Shown piece after piece: positions 45,250-58,926 of a DNA stretch of 64,000 nucleotides. Under the pieces are notes generated by a model. It ran no database searches. It was not told the origin of the DNA and saw nothing but the letters and a program-made list of their open reading frames with translations. Positions within the stretch are counted from its first letter, which is position 1, and the number at the start of each line of letters is the position of its first letter. The translations under genes and the position numbers were made by a program. Source of the DNA: Eledone cirrhosa (lineage: Eukaryota). Location: assembly GCA_964016885.1 (NCBI GenBank), contig OZ024758.1, positions 13,330,001-13,394,000 on the forward strand. Direction: 5' to 3'.

Positions 45250-45325
<76 letters not shown>

Positions 45326-45346
45326 TATATATACATATATATATTC

Positions 45347-45427
<81 letters not shown>

Positions 45428-45448
45428 TATATATACATATATATATTC

Positions 45449-45545
<97 letters not shown>

Positions 45546-45578
45546 TATATTCATATATATATATGTATGTATATATAC

Positions 45579-45649
<71 letters not shown>

Positions 45650-45650
45650 T
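44755..45650. repeat. Long interrupted (TA)n/(CATA)n tract
   Basis: Seen directly. Confidence 0.95.
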
Positions 45651-46664
45651 AAAAACATCAATCTAATCCTCTACCGTAGTGAGGTTGTCTTAAAACATCT
45701 GTTTCAAGGGGAATATCAGAAGCTATAAAAAATCTGAACAGATTTTACTTACATATACATATACATACACTTACACACATACATACACATACATACACAC
45801 AACACACACGTACATGTACAAGACACATGTACATATGCACATACATCTAGACACACACACATTACCACCGCTACCATCACCATTACCACCAGCACCACCC
45901 TCCCACCACCATACACCCACTACTACCCCCTCCACCATACCCCCACTACCTCGCTCCATATCCCCGCCATCACCACCACAACCACCAGCATCATATCCCC
46001 AACATACCTCTCACCATAACTCCCCCACATCATTCCTCCTACCCTACATCATACCCCCACCCCTGCACTAATGGTATTTTATTTTATCGACACGATAACG
46101 ATGAAAAGCAAAACTAACCTCTGCGGGGGTTTGAACTCCAGAACGTAAAGGGACGTAACTCTATGCCCCAATAACAATAACAACTGTTTTACGCCTTGTT
46201 TCTTCTCTGTATTAGTGTGGGAGGGGATGTTTTTTTCTTGTGTTTAATCAGATGTTTTTACAGCTGGATATCCTAACTACCCTGTTGTGATATAGAACAG
46301 GAACCTGTTTAGTAATATGACAGAATGAGGACAAAGTGGGGTTAGAATTTAAAGATTAACCTCCAATTGCTGTATTTGTAATATAGTAAATATTCTTTCG
46401 GTGGATAGAATACCTTGTGGTGTTCGTTCCAGCTCTCTGCTCTCTGAGTTCAAATCCCGCCATGTTCAACTTTGCCTTTCATCCTTTCGAGGTCAATAAA
46501 ATAATTGTTTCTACTTTTTGGCACAAGGCCAGCAATTACCCAGTGCATTACTGGTACTTTATTTTATCGACCCCGTAAGGATGAAAGGCAAAGTTAACCT
46601 CGGAATGATTTAGTAATAATAATGGTTTCATTTATTGACCTCAAGGGCTATTTAATAATAATAA

Positions 46665-46851
46665 TAATTGTTTCTACTTTTTGGCACAAGGCCAGCAATT
46701 ACCCAGTACATTACTGGTACTTTATTTTATCGACCCCGTAAGGATGAAAGGCAAAGTTAACCTCGGCGGGATTTGAACTCAGAATGGCAAGGGGCGTAAC
46801 TCTATGCGTCAAAGCATGGCGTCCGACCCTCTACCGATACTGCCAATCCAC
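46665..46851 (-). mobile_element. SINE S1 (further partial copies at 46070-46610)
   Basis: Reverse complement of the 8597 copy. Confidence 0.8.
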
Positions 46852-46922
46852 AATGTACCAGTTTAGCACTGGAGTCAATTCTTCCTCTAACTCTCTTACT
46901 CACTTCCTCACTCTCAATCTCT

Positions 46923-46979
<57 letters not shown>

Positions 46980-46985
<6 letters not shown>

Positions 46986-47295
46986 CCTTGCAATCGAAAG
47001 GTTGTGAGTTCAATTCTCAGACCGGGTGGTGTGTTGTTTCCTTGAGCAAGACACTTTATTTCACATTGCTCCAGTTTACTCAGCTGTAGAAATGAGATGA
47101 TAGGGACTGGAGTCCCTATCATTCCACTGTAAAGTAGTCGTGGAGGTGCCACGGCAAAAAAGCACCCAGCACTCACTGTAAATGAGGTTGGTGTTAGGAA
47201 GGGCATCCAGCTGTAGAAATCAAGCCAGAATCAGTTCCCGTCCCACCCTTGCAAGCAGGGAAAAGTGGACGTAAAATGAAATGATGATGAAATGA
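46980..47295 (+). mobile_element. SINE S3
   Basis: Similar to 41082-41470. Confidence 0.8.
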
Positions 47296-47734
47296 TACCA
47301 GTTTAGTACTGAGGTCGATTCTTCCTCTATATCTCTTTCTCATTTCCTCTCTCTCTCACTTTCTATCTTTCTCTGGAAGAAATCTGCTGTGCTCAGGTCT
47401 GGAGAGGGACAGGCTCCGCCAGGCTTAAAATGCCCGAGAAACGTTGTATGTCAATACGGCACCCCCTACAACTCTATCAGGAGTTACGGGACCATACAGA
47501 CAAATCTTCTTTAGTTTTGTACTTTGTTCTAGCCATCATGGTGAAGACCATGCTGGAGCAAGGCCTACAGTGTGTATACTAATGTGATAAAGTATATATT
47601 TAGATGTACTCTTGGGTCTCAAATAATCATTCTTCTCCCCTGCTTATTAATTATTCAGACACCATTCAGTTTTTATTTGGAGTGTCTACTCTTCTAGATG
47701 AGTAGCCTTCACTGTGGCTTACAGAGCCCATGTA

Positions 47735-47921
47735 TCACCATCATCACCATCATCATCATCATCATTTTACGTCCGCTTTTCCCTGCTTGTAAGGGTGGGA
47801 CGGGTCTTATTCAGCACAGCATCTCTCCACTCGTCACGGTCCCTCGTCATCTCCACCGTGAGCTTCAATGATCTGAGGTCTGTTCTCACCACCTCCGCCC
47901 ATGTTTTTCGTGGTCTACCTC

Positions 47922-47924
<3 letters not shown>
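47735..47924 (-). pseudogene. RTE LINE 3' end
   Basis: RGRPRKTWAEVVRTDLRSLKLTVEMTRDRDEWRDAVLNKTRPTLTSREKRT* followed by (TGA)n. Confidence 0.8.
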
Positions 47925-47972
<48 letters not shown>

Positions 47973-48084
47973 AATTTACCCACTCTACTTCCCTAAGTAT
48001 TGAGTACTTTGGTGCGTTATGGTCCATCTGGTTCCTTACCACATTTCCTTCGTTATATATATATGTGTGTGCGTGTGTGTGTGT

Positions 48085-48266
48085 GAGTCCTGGGTTCAAT
48101 CTGGGGTAACCACAGTAAGTAGGGTACTCAATACATTAGTAGAGTGTATACAACAAATTTGATATAGAAATAACTTCTACAGGACTAGAACTGTTTCATT
48201 AAAGGAAATCATCAGGATGATTTCCTTCAAATAAAACAGTTCTAGTCTATATCAAATTTGTTATAT
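48085..48266 (-). mobile_element. Family J fold-back element with degenerate hammerhead core
   Basis: Imperfect palindrome 48146-48266; minus strand CTGATGA tttcctttaat GAAAC; tail carries the shared hairpin. Confidence 0.55.
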
Positions 48267-48844
48267 ACATATATATATCATCATCATCATTACCATTTTA
48301 CGTCCTTTTTTCCACGCTACCATGCGTTACTATAGATATATATATATATATATATACATACTTATATATATGGATGCATTACACATATATAAATAGATAG
48401 ATAGAGAGAGAGAGAGAAAGAGGTGGAAGGTTCCATTTTCCATGCTTGCATACTTAGAATGTCTTATTGTTAGAAACATTTCTTTTCGTTTTTTACCAGT
48501 AGAAGCGCTTCTTCCTGCTGTTGGGCCTTTTCAGGTATGAAGTAGCAATGGCGTCTGTTTTTAATCTCTCAAGTAAACAGTATCAAGCAGAGTTAGCTGT
48601 CTGACACAGTGGTACAATACTAACTATGTCTCTTGTGAAATTTGAACTAATGAACCAGAGGTCAGTAGGCCAGCCTGTTAAAACAATATGGACATTTTTA
48701 AAATTCATATGTGCATGTGTATTATTATATATATATATAAAAAACATGAGAAGAAAGAAGAATACTGCGTGGTTGCACATGGGTTACATATGATAAAAAT
48801 AGTCCTTCGTCAGTGATTTGCCAACCATCATTGATATTTCATCG

Positions 48845-48880
<36 letters not shown>

Positions 48881-48882
<2 letters not shown>

Positions 48883-49035
48883 ACAAAGAGGGTGCGGTGA
48901 GAAACCAGGTGGACCATAACGCACCAGAGTACTCAATACTTAGGGTAGTAGAGTGGGTAATAGGAAGAGAGTCAGGACCCGGATCTAGCTGTCGAAACAG
49001 CCAGAGCTCAGCCGTCGAGGTTCTGACTCTCTTGC

Positions 49036-49038
<3 letters not shown>
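48881..49038 (-). mobile_element. Diverged family A element
   Basis: Tail plus partly deleted palindrome. Confidence 0.75.
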
Positions 49039-49072
<34 letters not shown>

Positions 49073-49077
<5 letters not shown>

Positions 49078-49519
49078 AACAAAAGATGGTTAAAAGAGTT
49101 CCATGTATTTTATTATGCGCATTTCAAAAACAAATATCATCATGCAATAATATTTGTGTTTTCATCAGATAAAACAGGAAGACATGATATGAAGGTTAAA
49201 AAACACTTGTGGATAGTTCAGTTTTAAATCAACATATGAGAAGTAGTTTTAGATTGATGTGTGATATTGGGAAAAATATTTTATTTAGAGGGGGGGGGGG
49301 GGGGAAAGGATGAAAAAAAGGAGGAGATGAGAGTGAAGGTGGAGAGGGAGGAGTATAATGAGGAAGGATGAGATAGGAGGAGAGATGGGTGATAGAGAGA
49401 GAGAGATAGCTTTTATAACTGAGAAAGATATATTGTTTTACATAGAGAGTCCTACAAACTGTAGAGTGCTTCTTATCCGATATCTGCATTGCTTTATTGT
49501 ACTACAATAAAACTCACCT

Positions 49520-49523
<4 letters not shown>
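49073..49523. mobile_element. Family C element with collapsed palindrome and hammerhead at 49107-49174 (-)
   Basis: Antisense arm joined directly to the sense tail. Confidence 0.75.
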
Positions 49524-49577
<54 letters not shown>

Positions 49578-49581
<4 letters not shown>

Positions 49582-49756
49582 AACCAGTAAGACCCCGACA
49601 GCTGAGCTCAAGCCGTTTCGACGGCGAATTAGCCGTCGAAACGGCTTGAGCTCAGCTGTCGGGGTCTTACTGGTTCCTATTACCCACTCTACTACCTCAA
49701 GTATTGAGTACTTTGGTGCGTTATGGTCCACCTGGTTCCTTACCACATTTCCTTCG

Positions 49757-49759
<3 letters not shown>
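49578..49759 (+). mobile_element. Family A fold-back element
   Basis: Nearly identical to 14481-14670. Confidence 0.85.
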
Positions 49760-49800
<41 letters not shown>

Positions 49801-49802
49801 AA

Positions 49803-50053
49803 ATAACTAGCAAATAGTTATCACTCTACATGGCTGAATACAATAAATGTAATCTGAGTTTTTTGGAATATTAATAATAATATTCGATTCGCTTGCAATT
49901 ATGCAACTGTCTGCAGTTCTGTTTACATGCCAACACAAGAGCAAGAACACGGGGCTCATTCTACTGACATGGCTTAAAAAAGATGCCGTTTGCATAATTG
50001 CAAACAAATTGAATATTATCATTAATATTCGAAAAACTCAGATTACATTTATA
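49803..50053. mobile_element. Fold-back element (~64-bp arms, ~85-bp spacer)
   Basis: 49843-49906 is inverted relative to 49990-50052; no hammerhead recognised. Confidence 0.55.
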
Positions 50054-50054
50054 T

Positions 50055-50055
<1 letters not shown>

Positions 50056-50086
<31 letters not shown>

Positions 50087-50458
50087 TTTATGTCCACTTT
50101 TCTCTGCTTGCAAGGGTGTGACGGGAACTGATTCTGGCTTGATTTCTACAGCTGGATGCCCTTCCTAACACCAACCTCATTTATAGTGAGTGCTGGGTGC
50201 TTTTTTTCCGTGGCCCCTACACGTCCACTTTACAGTGTGGGCTGGGTGCTTTTTTGCCGTGGCACCTCCACGACCACTTTGCAGTGGAATGATAGGGACC
50301 CCAGTCCCTATCATCTCATTTCTACAGCTGAGTAAACTGGAGCAATGTGAAATAAAGTGTCTTGCTCAAGGAAACAACACATCACCCGGTCTGAGAATTG
50401 AACTCACAACCTTTCGATTGCAAGCCCAATGCTCTAACCATTAAGCCATGTGCCTCCA
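50056..50458 (-). mobile_element. SINE S3, full length
   Basis: Reverse complement of the 41082 copy. Confidence 0.8.
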
Positions 50459-50679
50459 TATGATTACATGTACCTCTTGACCAGGATTGACCCCAAGGCC
50501 AGGACCTCCACCGTCTCTAGTACCTACTTCTAGGCCACAGAGACAACTATATATGTATATGCATATATATATATTAGGTATGAATCAAAGTTTTAGCTGC
50601 CATATAGCAAGTACTATTCGAGTTGTTTGAGTCAATATACATATATATATATATATATATGTAATTAGTTACAACATAT

Positions 50680-50730
50680 ACAGGTACTTAAGTTTCGTTG
50701 GGTTATACACCCCCAACTCATTCAGCCTGT
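50680..50730 (-). ncRNA. Minimal type I hammerhead with a one-base insertion in the core (CUGAAUGA)
   Basis: acagg CTGAATGA gttggg ggtgtataa cccaac GAAA cttaag TA cctgt; stems I and II perfect, stem III palindromic. Confidence 0.7.
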
Positions 50731-50804
50731 TATATAAAAAGAAAATGACTACGTTCACAGGTTGAATGGTGGTTTTTAGAATATATATATATGTATATAT
50801 ATAT

Positions 50805-50980
50805 TCAATGATATTAAATAAATGGAAACTATATTTATAAAACCATATTTATTCTATTATATATATTTCAAGGGTACCAAAATTTTGGTATGCTTTCATC
50901 AGATAAAATACAAAGTTTGTTTTATAAATTTTGACATAACCAAGAAAAGATACCTTAACGGTTCAAGTTTTCCTTGGATA
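50805..50980 (-). mobile_element. Family B fragment with hammerhead at ~50850-50910
   Basis: Similar to 10250-10425. Confidence 0.7.
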
Positions 50981-51329
50981 GTATATATATATATATATAT
51001 ATATATATAATGTCTGAGATGAGAAGTGAGATAGGGTAAGGCAGAAAAATGACAAAAATGGTAGAGTGCCAACCTAAGTACCTTGCAGTATTTAGTTTCA
51101 TAGCTCTACATTCTAATTTCAAATCCTGCTATGCCTGGTGCTTATTTACTAAACATAGCTCTTAGACATAAAATAAATAGCGCAAACTAGAAAATGAGGA
51201 GCTTCTACATTGTTATTTGCATTGACCCACTAGAAATAACAGCCAAATCTTCCTTCACTGTCTCCCCTTTAACATTTACATTACTCTATATATACTATTG
51301 TATTTTCACAGTAAACCCTTTATCTCACA

Positions 51330-51476
51330 TAATATCGAATCTATGAGATTTTGATATTAATTATTTTGAGAACAATACCTTAGCATCAGTATGAGCGGAC
51401 AGTTACAGCCGGTTTGAACAGAAAGAGGTGAGAGATTTCTGGCTGGATATGGCCGGTTTGAATGCTAAAGGATTAA
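51330..51476 (-). mobile_element. piggyBac-like MITE end
   Basis: Inverted homologue of 61278-61425, which begins ttaacccttcagc. Confidence 0.45.
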
Positions 51477-52275
51477 TGAAAGAAATTTAAAAAAAGAAAT
51501 GTAGTTTTAGATATTCCATGCCTACATTGTTATTTACATTGACCTACTAGAAATAACAGCCAAATGCTCCTCAAAAGTATACTTCACCATCTTAAATGAA
51601 AAAAAAGAAAAAATGGAAACTAATTGTGTAATGTAGTTCTAGATATTCTATGTCTGAATAAACCATAGTCACCAGACTGAAGAAATCTGTTTTGATCATA
51701 GGTCTGTCTACTTTGATCAGGAGTCAAATGTTTCTAAAGATTGTTTCTAAACAATTACAAAGTAAATAGCATGCTTTTATATATTCACATACATATATTT
51801 ACACATATACACACTTACATCCATGCACACACACACACACATACACACATACACACATACACACACACACACACATACACATACAAGCATCATATACATA
51901 CTTACACATACTCATGCATACACACTCATGCTGATGCATATAAACATTAGCAGCATATGCTTATTACATCATGCATAAACCACACTTAACTCTAACACAA
52001 CTGCTTTTAAAAAATAAAAAATAACAGACACCAGGAAGGAAATCTTTCTTTGAAGAACCTCCCACCCTACAGACCCCTCCCCCGAAAAAACAACAATTGG
52101 GAATATAAGATTCCTAAGGTAATATTCAGCCATTCTTTCTTTTATTCTGTCCTTCTCCCACTTTTGCCCCCTTTTTTTAATTCCGTTCTGTCTTGTTACC
52201 TTTGTAATAGAACCCACTTGCATTGTACAGCTTTCTAAACACACATACACACTTTTCATATATATATATATATAT

Positions 52276-52410
52276 GGGAAAAGAGTCAGAACCCCGACGG
52301 CAGAGCTCAAGCTGTTTCGACAGCTATTTCTATTATCCACTCTACTGCCCAAAGTATCGATTTCTCTGGTGTGTTATAGTCCACCTGGTTTCTTACCACA
52401 CTTCCTTCGT

Positions 52411-52412
<2 letters not shown>
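52276..52412 (+). mobile_element. Diverged family A element, one arm deleted
   Basis: Inverted arm joined to the tail. Confidence 0.7.
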
Positions 52413-52442
<30 letters not shown>

Positions 52443-52522
52443 CACATGTATATATATATATATATTTATACACATGTATATATATATATTTTTATACACA
52501 TGTATATATATATATGTGTGTG

Positions 52523-52682
52523 TAAAAGGTAAACAAAAATAACAACACAATTGGTACAGTATATGGAAGGGATATATTAGGTTAACGCTTGAAATAGCAG
52601 GAAGAGGGTCTTAACGTTTCGGACGCTAGTCTTTCATCAGAAGAAAGAATGAGAAATAAGATAGATTGAAGGGACAGGTGGG
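52523..52682 (-). mobile_element. Family D fragment with hammerhead at 52609-52644
   Basis: tctt CTGATGA aagac tagc gtcc GAAA cg TT aaga. Confidence 0.75.
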
Positions 52683-52694
52683 TTGGAATTCATT

Positions 52695-53040
52695 TCATCA
52701 TCATCATCATTTCATTTTACGTCCACTTTTTCCCTGCTAGCAAGGGTGGGACGGGAACTGATTCTGGCTTGATTTCTACAGCTGGATGCCCTTCCTAACA
52801 CCAACCTCATTTACAGTGAGTGCTGGGTGCTTTTTTGCCGTGGCACCTCCACGACCACGTTGCAGTGGAATGATATGGACCCCAGTCCCTATCATCTCAT
52901 TTCTACAGCTGAGTAAACTGGAGCAATGTGAAATAAAGTGTCTTGCTCAAGGAAACAACACATCACCCGGTCTGAGAATTGAACTCACAACCTTTCGATT
53001 GCAAGGCCAATGCTTTAACCACTAAGCCATGTGCCTCCAT
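52695..53040 (-). mobile_element. SINE S3
   Basis: Similar to the other S3 copies. Confidence 0.8.
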
Positions 53041-53299
53041 ATTATATATATATATATATTAGGGCATCCGGCTGTAGAAAGCAAGCCAGAATCAGTTCCT
53101 GTATGAGCAAGACAAGGTCAGCTGACTGGACACTTCCCACAACAGGACAACCTGTCTAACACATGTTAGTGTGGAAGAACGGACGTAAAACGGTGATGAT
53201 GATGATGTATATATATATATATATTTATACACATGCATGTATGTACGTATGTATATATATATATATATATATATATAAATATATGTATATATATATATG

Positions 53300-53367
<68 letters not shown>

Positions 53368-53371
<4 letters not shown>

Positions 53372-53583
53372 AGGCGTGTGGCTGAGTGGTTAGAGAATTG
53401 GATTCACAATCTTGAAGTTGTGAGTTCGATTCCTGGACCGGGCGATGCGTTATGTCCTTGAGCAAGGCACTTTATTTCACGTTGCTCCTTCTACCTGGAG
53501 TTGCGACCGATAGATAGTATTAGCAACTGGAAAGACCAACGGAAACATTGTTTCCTCGGTCCAATTTGACGAAAGTCGATCGC
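53368..53583 (+). mobile_element. SINE S4
   Basis: Similar to 32296-32502. Confidence 0.75.
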
Positions 53584-53584
53584 T

Positions 53585-53617
<33 letters not shown>

Positions 53618-53653
53618 TGTATATAAATATATGTATATATATATATACATATA

Positions 53654-53690
<37 letters not shown>

Positions 53691-54268
53691 AGATGCAATA
53701 GTTTGTTTGAAGCACTGGGGAAATATGTCCTTCCGACTTGTTCCCTTTGTAACCTGTGACAAATGGAGAGATGCTGTGCTGAAGAGGACTCGTTCCCATC
53801 CTTGCAAGCAGGGAAAAATGAACATAAAATAATGAGGATGATGATGATGACTATGATGATTATGATGATCAATCAATAAAATTATCCCTCCCCCACCCCA
53901 ACCGCCCAAGCCAAAAAAAAAAAAAAACAACATTTGTTGTGAGAGGGGAAACAACAAACAAAGAAGCTGAAAAAAAAAAAAAGAAAAAGAAATGTGTTCT
54001 AGTGTAAAGGTTCAAAGGAGAATTGTTGCTTGAGGTTAGCATCCTTAGCTTTACTGCCAAATATGGTGTGACAGAGAATCAAATGAGTTGTGCCAAGAAC
54101 AATGGTTGATATTTGATCCTACTTTGTCACTTTCCTCTCTCTCTCTCTCTCTCTCTGTCTTGCTTGTTTTTTTTTTATGTGTGTTTCTAAGGGTCTTTGT
54201 TGTTGTTGCTTTTGTTGTTATTATTGTAGTTATTGTTGTTGTTGTTGTATTGTAGTTATTGTTGTTGC

Positions 54269-54301
<33 letters not shown>

Positions 54302-54529
54302 ACGTCAGCTAAGATCAGGTTTCACAGCTCTTATCCTCGGCTTTATTCGATATTGTTATACTGATATGTAGATATGTAAAATTATCTACCTGGCTTATAT
54401 TTCTGTGTGTAAGTATGTGTGCGTGTGTGTATATACTTGTGTGTATATACTTGTGTGTGCATATATGTCTCACCCCCCCCCCCCCCCCCCCCCCCTCCTC
54501 TCTCTCTCTACACACACACACAGACACAA

Positions 54530-54567
<38 letters not shown>

Positions 54568-54583
54568 TTACATTGACAATTAC

Positions 54584-54647
<64 letters not shown>

Positions 54648-54695
54648 GGGGTGTATATGTATATATATTCTTTATATATTTATATATATATATAC

Positions 54696-54759
<64 letters not shown>

Positions 54760-54836
54760 GTGTGTGTGTGTGTACATTCTGTGTATGTATGGCTGTACAA
54801 GTGACTGAATAAATAAATGAATAAACACACACACAC

Positions 54837-54868
<32 letters not shown>

Positions 54869-55246
54869 TCATACACACATACACACACTCAAACATACAC
54901 CAACACACACACACACACACTCACATATATATATCTCATGGTAATTCAAACTGGTATATTGAAGCACATATCAAAGAAATTATACCATAGAAATTTGATA
55001 CAGGTGAGAAGAATAAAGGTGAGAAGAATTTTTGAGTTGAAATTTTTGAACCACTTGCGCACTATCTGAAGAATTAATGTGAATAGATAGCAGATAAATT
55101 TAGAATGGTAAGGAATGAGAGAAAGAAGGAGATGGTTTCAAAGATTATAAAATAAGAAAGGAGTCAGTGAAGCAAATCTAACAGCTTTGTTGTAGTGAAT
55201 GTAGCAATATATATGTACAGAACAGCATACACATATTTTTACATAA

Positions 55247-55277
<31 letters not shown>

Positions 55278-55281
<4 letters not shown>

Positions 55282-55700
55282 GGAGGTGAGTTTTATTGTA
55301 GTACAATAAAGCAATGCAGATATCGGATAAGAAGCACTCTACAGTTTGTAGGACTGGAGTATACATAATATAATATATAAGATCAAAAGATGGTTAAAGG
55401 AGTTCCATGTATTTTATTATGCGCATTTCAAAAACAAACATCATCATGCAATAATATTTGTGTTTTCATCAGATAAAACAGGAGAACATGATATGAAGGC
55501 TAAAAAACACTTGTGGATAGTGCAGTGGATATGTTGATTTAAAACTGCACTATCCACAAGTGTTTTTTAGCCTTCATATCATGTTCTCCTGTTTTATCTG
55601 ATGAAAACACAAATATTATTGCATGATGATGTTTGTTTTTGAAATGCGCATAATAAAATACATGGAACTCCTTTAACCATCTTTTGATCTTATATATTAT
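55278..55700. mobile_element. Family C element: tail plus ~150-bp-arm palindrome with two hammerheads
   Basis: Plus copy 55591-55659: ttttat CTGATGA aaacacaaat..gtttgttttt GAAA tgcgca TA ataaaa; mirror copy 55411-55478. Confidence 0.85.
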
Positions 55701-55793
55701 ATATATATATATATATGAGTGTATATATTAATAGCTAGAGCTGTCAGTAGCTTCAAGTGTCTTGTTGCATTTAGCCACATGTGCCCTACATAT

Positions 55794-56292
55794 AGGAGAG
55801 GATTCTTGATCTGGATAAGCCTCAGGAGAGAATCCTTGTCCTGGATAAGTCTCAGGAGAGAATTCCTGACCTCAATAAGCCTGAGGGAAGATATTCCTGA
55901 CCTCGATAAGCCTCAAGAGAGACCCCTTGTCCTGGATAAGTCTCAGGAAGGAGAGAATTCTTGGCTTGGATAGGACTCAGGAGAGAATTCCTGACCTTGA
56001 TAAGCCTCAAGAGAGAATTCTTGGACTGGATAAGCCTCGGGAGAGAATTCCTGGCCTCGATAAGCCTGAGGGAAGATATTCCTGACCTCGATAAGCCTCA
56101 AGAGAGACCCCTTGTCCTTTGATAAGTCTCAGGAGAGAATTCTTGGCCTGGATAGGACTCAGGAGAGAATTCCTGACCTTGATAAGCCTCAGGAGAGAAT
56201 TCTTGGACTGGATAAGCCTCGGGAGAGAATTCCTGGCCTCGATAAGCCTGAGGGAAGAATTCCTGGCCTGGATAGGTCTCTTCGATAAGCCT
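55794..56292. repeat. ~30-bp minisatellite (ggagagaattcctggcctggataagcctca)
   Basis: About 16 variable units. Confidence 0.9.
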
Positions 56293-56325
56293 ACATACAG
56301 CTATTGCTTTTATTATTTCATTTAA

Positions 56326-56515
56326 CGGTGGTGGGTTGGCAGTATCAGTAGAGGGTCTGATGCCATGCTTTGCAGCAAAGAGTTACGACCCTTTATGGTC
56401 TGAGTTCAAATCCTGCTGAGGTTAACTTTGCCTTTCATCCTTATGGGGTTGATGAAATAAAGCACCAGTAATACACTGGGATAATTGCTGGCCTTGTGCC
56501 AAAAGTAGAAACACT
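56326..56515 (+). mobile_element. SINE S1 (CpG-decayed)
   Basis: Similar to 506-700 with CG>TG/CA changes. Confidence 0.75.
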
Positions 56516-57561
56516 TATTTCATCTCAGGTCCACCAGTATTCAAAGGAGATTTGAAATAATGCCAATGGAGTAACCTATTTATCACCATAATTGGAATCA
56601 ACAAAATGCCAGACCTCATTCACTTTCCCAGTTGTTGTTGTTCTTGTTACAGCTCACACCTATGCAGGTTTAGCTGGCCTCCTCCAAGGTATATCTCGTT
56701 GGAGGTGTCTTGGGTAATTTAATGAAGAGGGACCCCAGTCCCTATCATCTCATTTCTACAGCTGAGTAAATTGGAGCAATGTGAAATAAAGTGTCTTGCT
56801 CAAGGAAACAACACATCTCCCAGTCCGAGAATTGAACTCACAACCTTTCAATTGCAAGCCCAATGCTCTAACCACTAAGCCATGCACCTTCACACTTACC
56901 CAGTGGGGTGGAACTTGTCAGATGTCATTCACTCACCCAGTAGGGCGGAACTTGTCAGATCGGACCAAGTAAACAATGTTTCCATTGGTCTATCCAATTG
57001 TTGACACTATCTACCTGGTTGTAAACAATACTGTTGAGATAACATGGCAAAAATTAGATCATCAGATATGAAAACTCCTCGTTTATATAATTAGACAACT
57101 CCTAGCAACATTAGGATATGATGTTAAATTGATGATGATGATGATGAGGGGTGAGGGTGATGAGGGGGATGGTTATGAGGGGGAGAGGAAGGGGAGGTAG
57201 GTGATGATGAGGGGGATGGTGATGGGGGGAAGGGAGGGGTAGGTGAGGATGAGGGGGGAGGGGGGGAGGAAGAAGAAGGGGAGGTAGGTGATGATGAGGG
57301 GGGGGTGATGGGGGAGGGGGGGGTAGAGGAAGGGGAGGTAGGTGATGATGAGGGGGTTAATGTTGAGGTGAATAATGTCATGTTTCTCCACCTTCCTCCT
57401 TCACTCACTTTCTCTCTCTCTTTTACTCCCACTCACCCTCACTCTCTTTCTCTCTCTCTCTCTTTCTCTCACTTTCTCTCACTTTCTCGCTCTCTCTCCA
57501 TATATGTGTATTCTCTTTTACTCTTTTACCTGTTCCAGCCATCTGGCTGAGGCCATGCTGG

Positions 57562-57621
<60 letters not shown>

Positions 57622-57706
57622 CCAGCATGGCCTCAGCCATATATATATATATATATATATAGTGACGAAACATAAGTCAATTGCATGAACTCATAATCCT
57701 TTATTT

Positions 57707-57762
57707 ACTGCTATATATATTTCGATGATAGCCATTGAATGGCTATGACCTCATCAGGCAGT
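57707..57762 (-). ncRNA. Minimal type I hammerhead ribozyme (family I)
   Basis: actgc CTGATGA ggtcatagcca ttcaa tggctatcatc GAAA tatata TA gcagt. Confidence 0.8.
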
Positions 57763-57821
57763 TATTCAGTTCTTAGATATGCCAGCTCTGTGTTTATAGT
57801 GTTGATGGTATCAGAGCCGTG

Positions 57822-57872
<51 letters not shown>

Positions 57873-57947
57873 TATATATGTACATATATATATATATATT
57901 CTTCTTTATATATACATGGATATATATATAAATATATATATATATAA

Positions 57948-57978
<31 letters not shown>

Positions 57979-57979
57979 C

Positions 57980-58165
57980 AATATATTAACAAATGGAAAC
58001 TATATTTATAAAACCATATTTATTTAATTATACATATTTCAAGGGCCACCAAGGCAAATTATGGTGCGCTTTCATCAGATAAAATACAATACAGATTTGT
58101 TTTATAAATAAATATTGACATACCCTGAAAAAAACAACCTTAATGGTTGGAGCTTCCTGGATAGT
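57980..58165 (-). mobile_element. Family B fragment with hammerhead at ~58022-58087
   Basis: Similar to the 10250 and 50805 copies. Confidence 0.7.
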
Positions 58166-58257
58166 GGAGATATAACATTTATTTATATCAGTTATAAAAA
58201 TGTTTAAGCTTGTTGAAATTAAATATAACCTCTGCATATATATATATATATATATAT

Positions 58258-58592
58258 CATCATTTCATTTTATGTCCATTTTTTCGCTGCTTGCAAGGGT
58301 GGGACGGGAACTGATTCTGGCTTGATTTCTACAGCTGGATGCCCTTCCTAACACCAACCTCATTTACAGTGAGTGCTGGGTGCTTTTTTGCCGTGGCACC
58401 TCCACAACCACTTTGCAGTGGAATGATAGGGACCCCAGTCCCTATCATCTCATTTCTACAGCTGATCAAACTGGAACAATGTGAAATAAAGTGTCTTGCT
58501 CAAGGAAACAACACATCACCCGGTCTGAAAATTGAACTCACAACCTTTCGATTGCAAGGCCAATGCTCTAACCACAAAGCCATGTGCCTCCA
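58258..58592 (-). mobile_element. SINE S3
   Basis: Similar to the other S3 copies. Confidence 0.8.
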
Positions 58593-58775
58593 TATATGTA
58601 TCTATATATATATATATATATAAATGTATATATATATATACAAATTAATATAAATTAATATATGATAAACACTAATACAATTATATAAGTGTTTGTTTCA
58701 CGGCTCAGAAATACCTCTTTCTTTGAGCTATTTAATTGTAAAAGACTGTTTGAGTTTATAACTCTATATATAGTA

Positions 58776-58811
<36 letters not shown>

Positions 58812-58884
58812 AATATATATATATATAGATACATATATATATATACTGTATATATATATATATTCTTTTCTTCTTTATATATGC

Positions 58885-58923
<39 letters not shown>

Positions 58924-58926
<3 letters not shown>

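Noticed and set aside
48501-48535. Possible micro-exon (ccag|..cag|gtatga)
   Set aside because: It lies in what looks like a decayed SINE body, and no partner exons were found.
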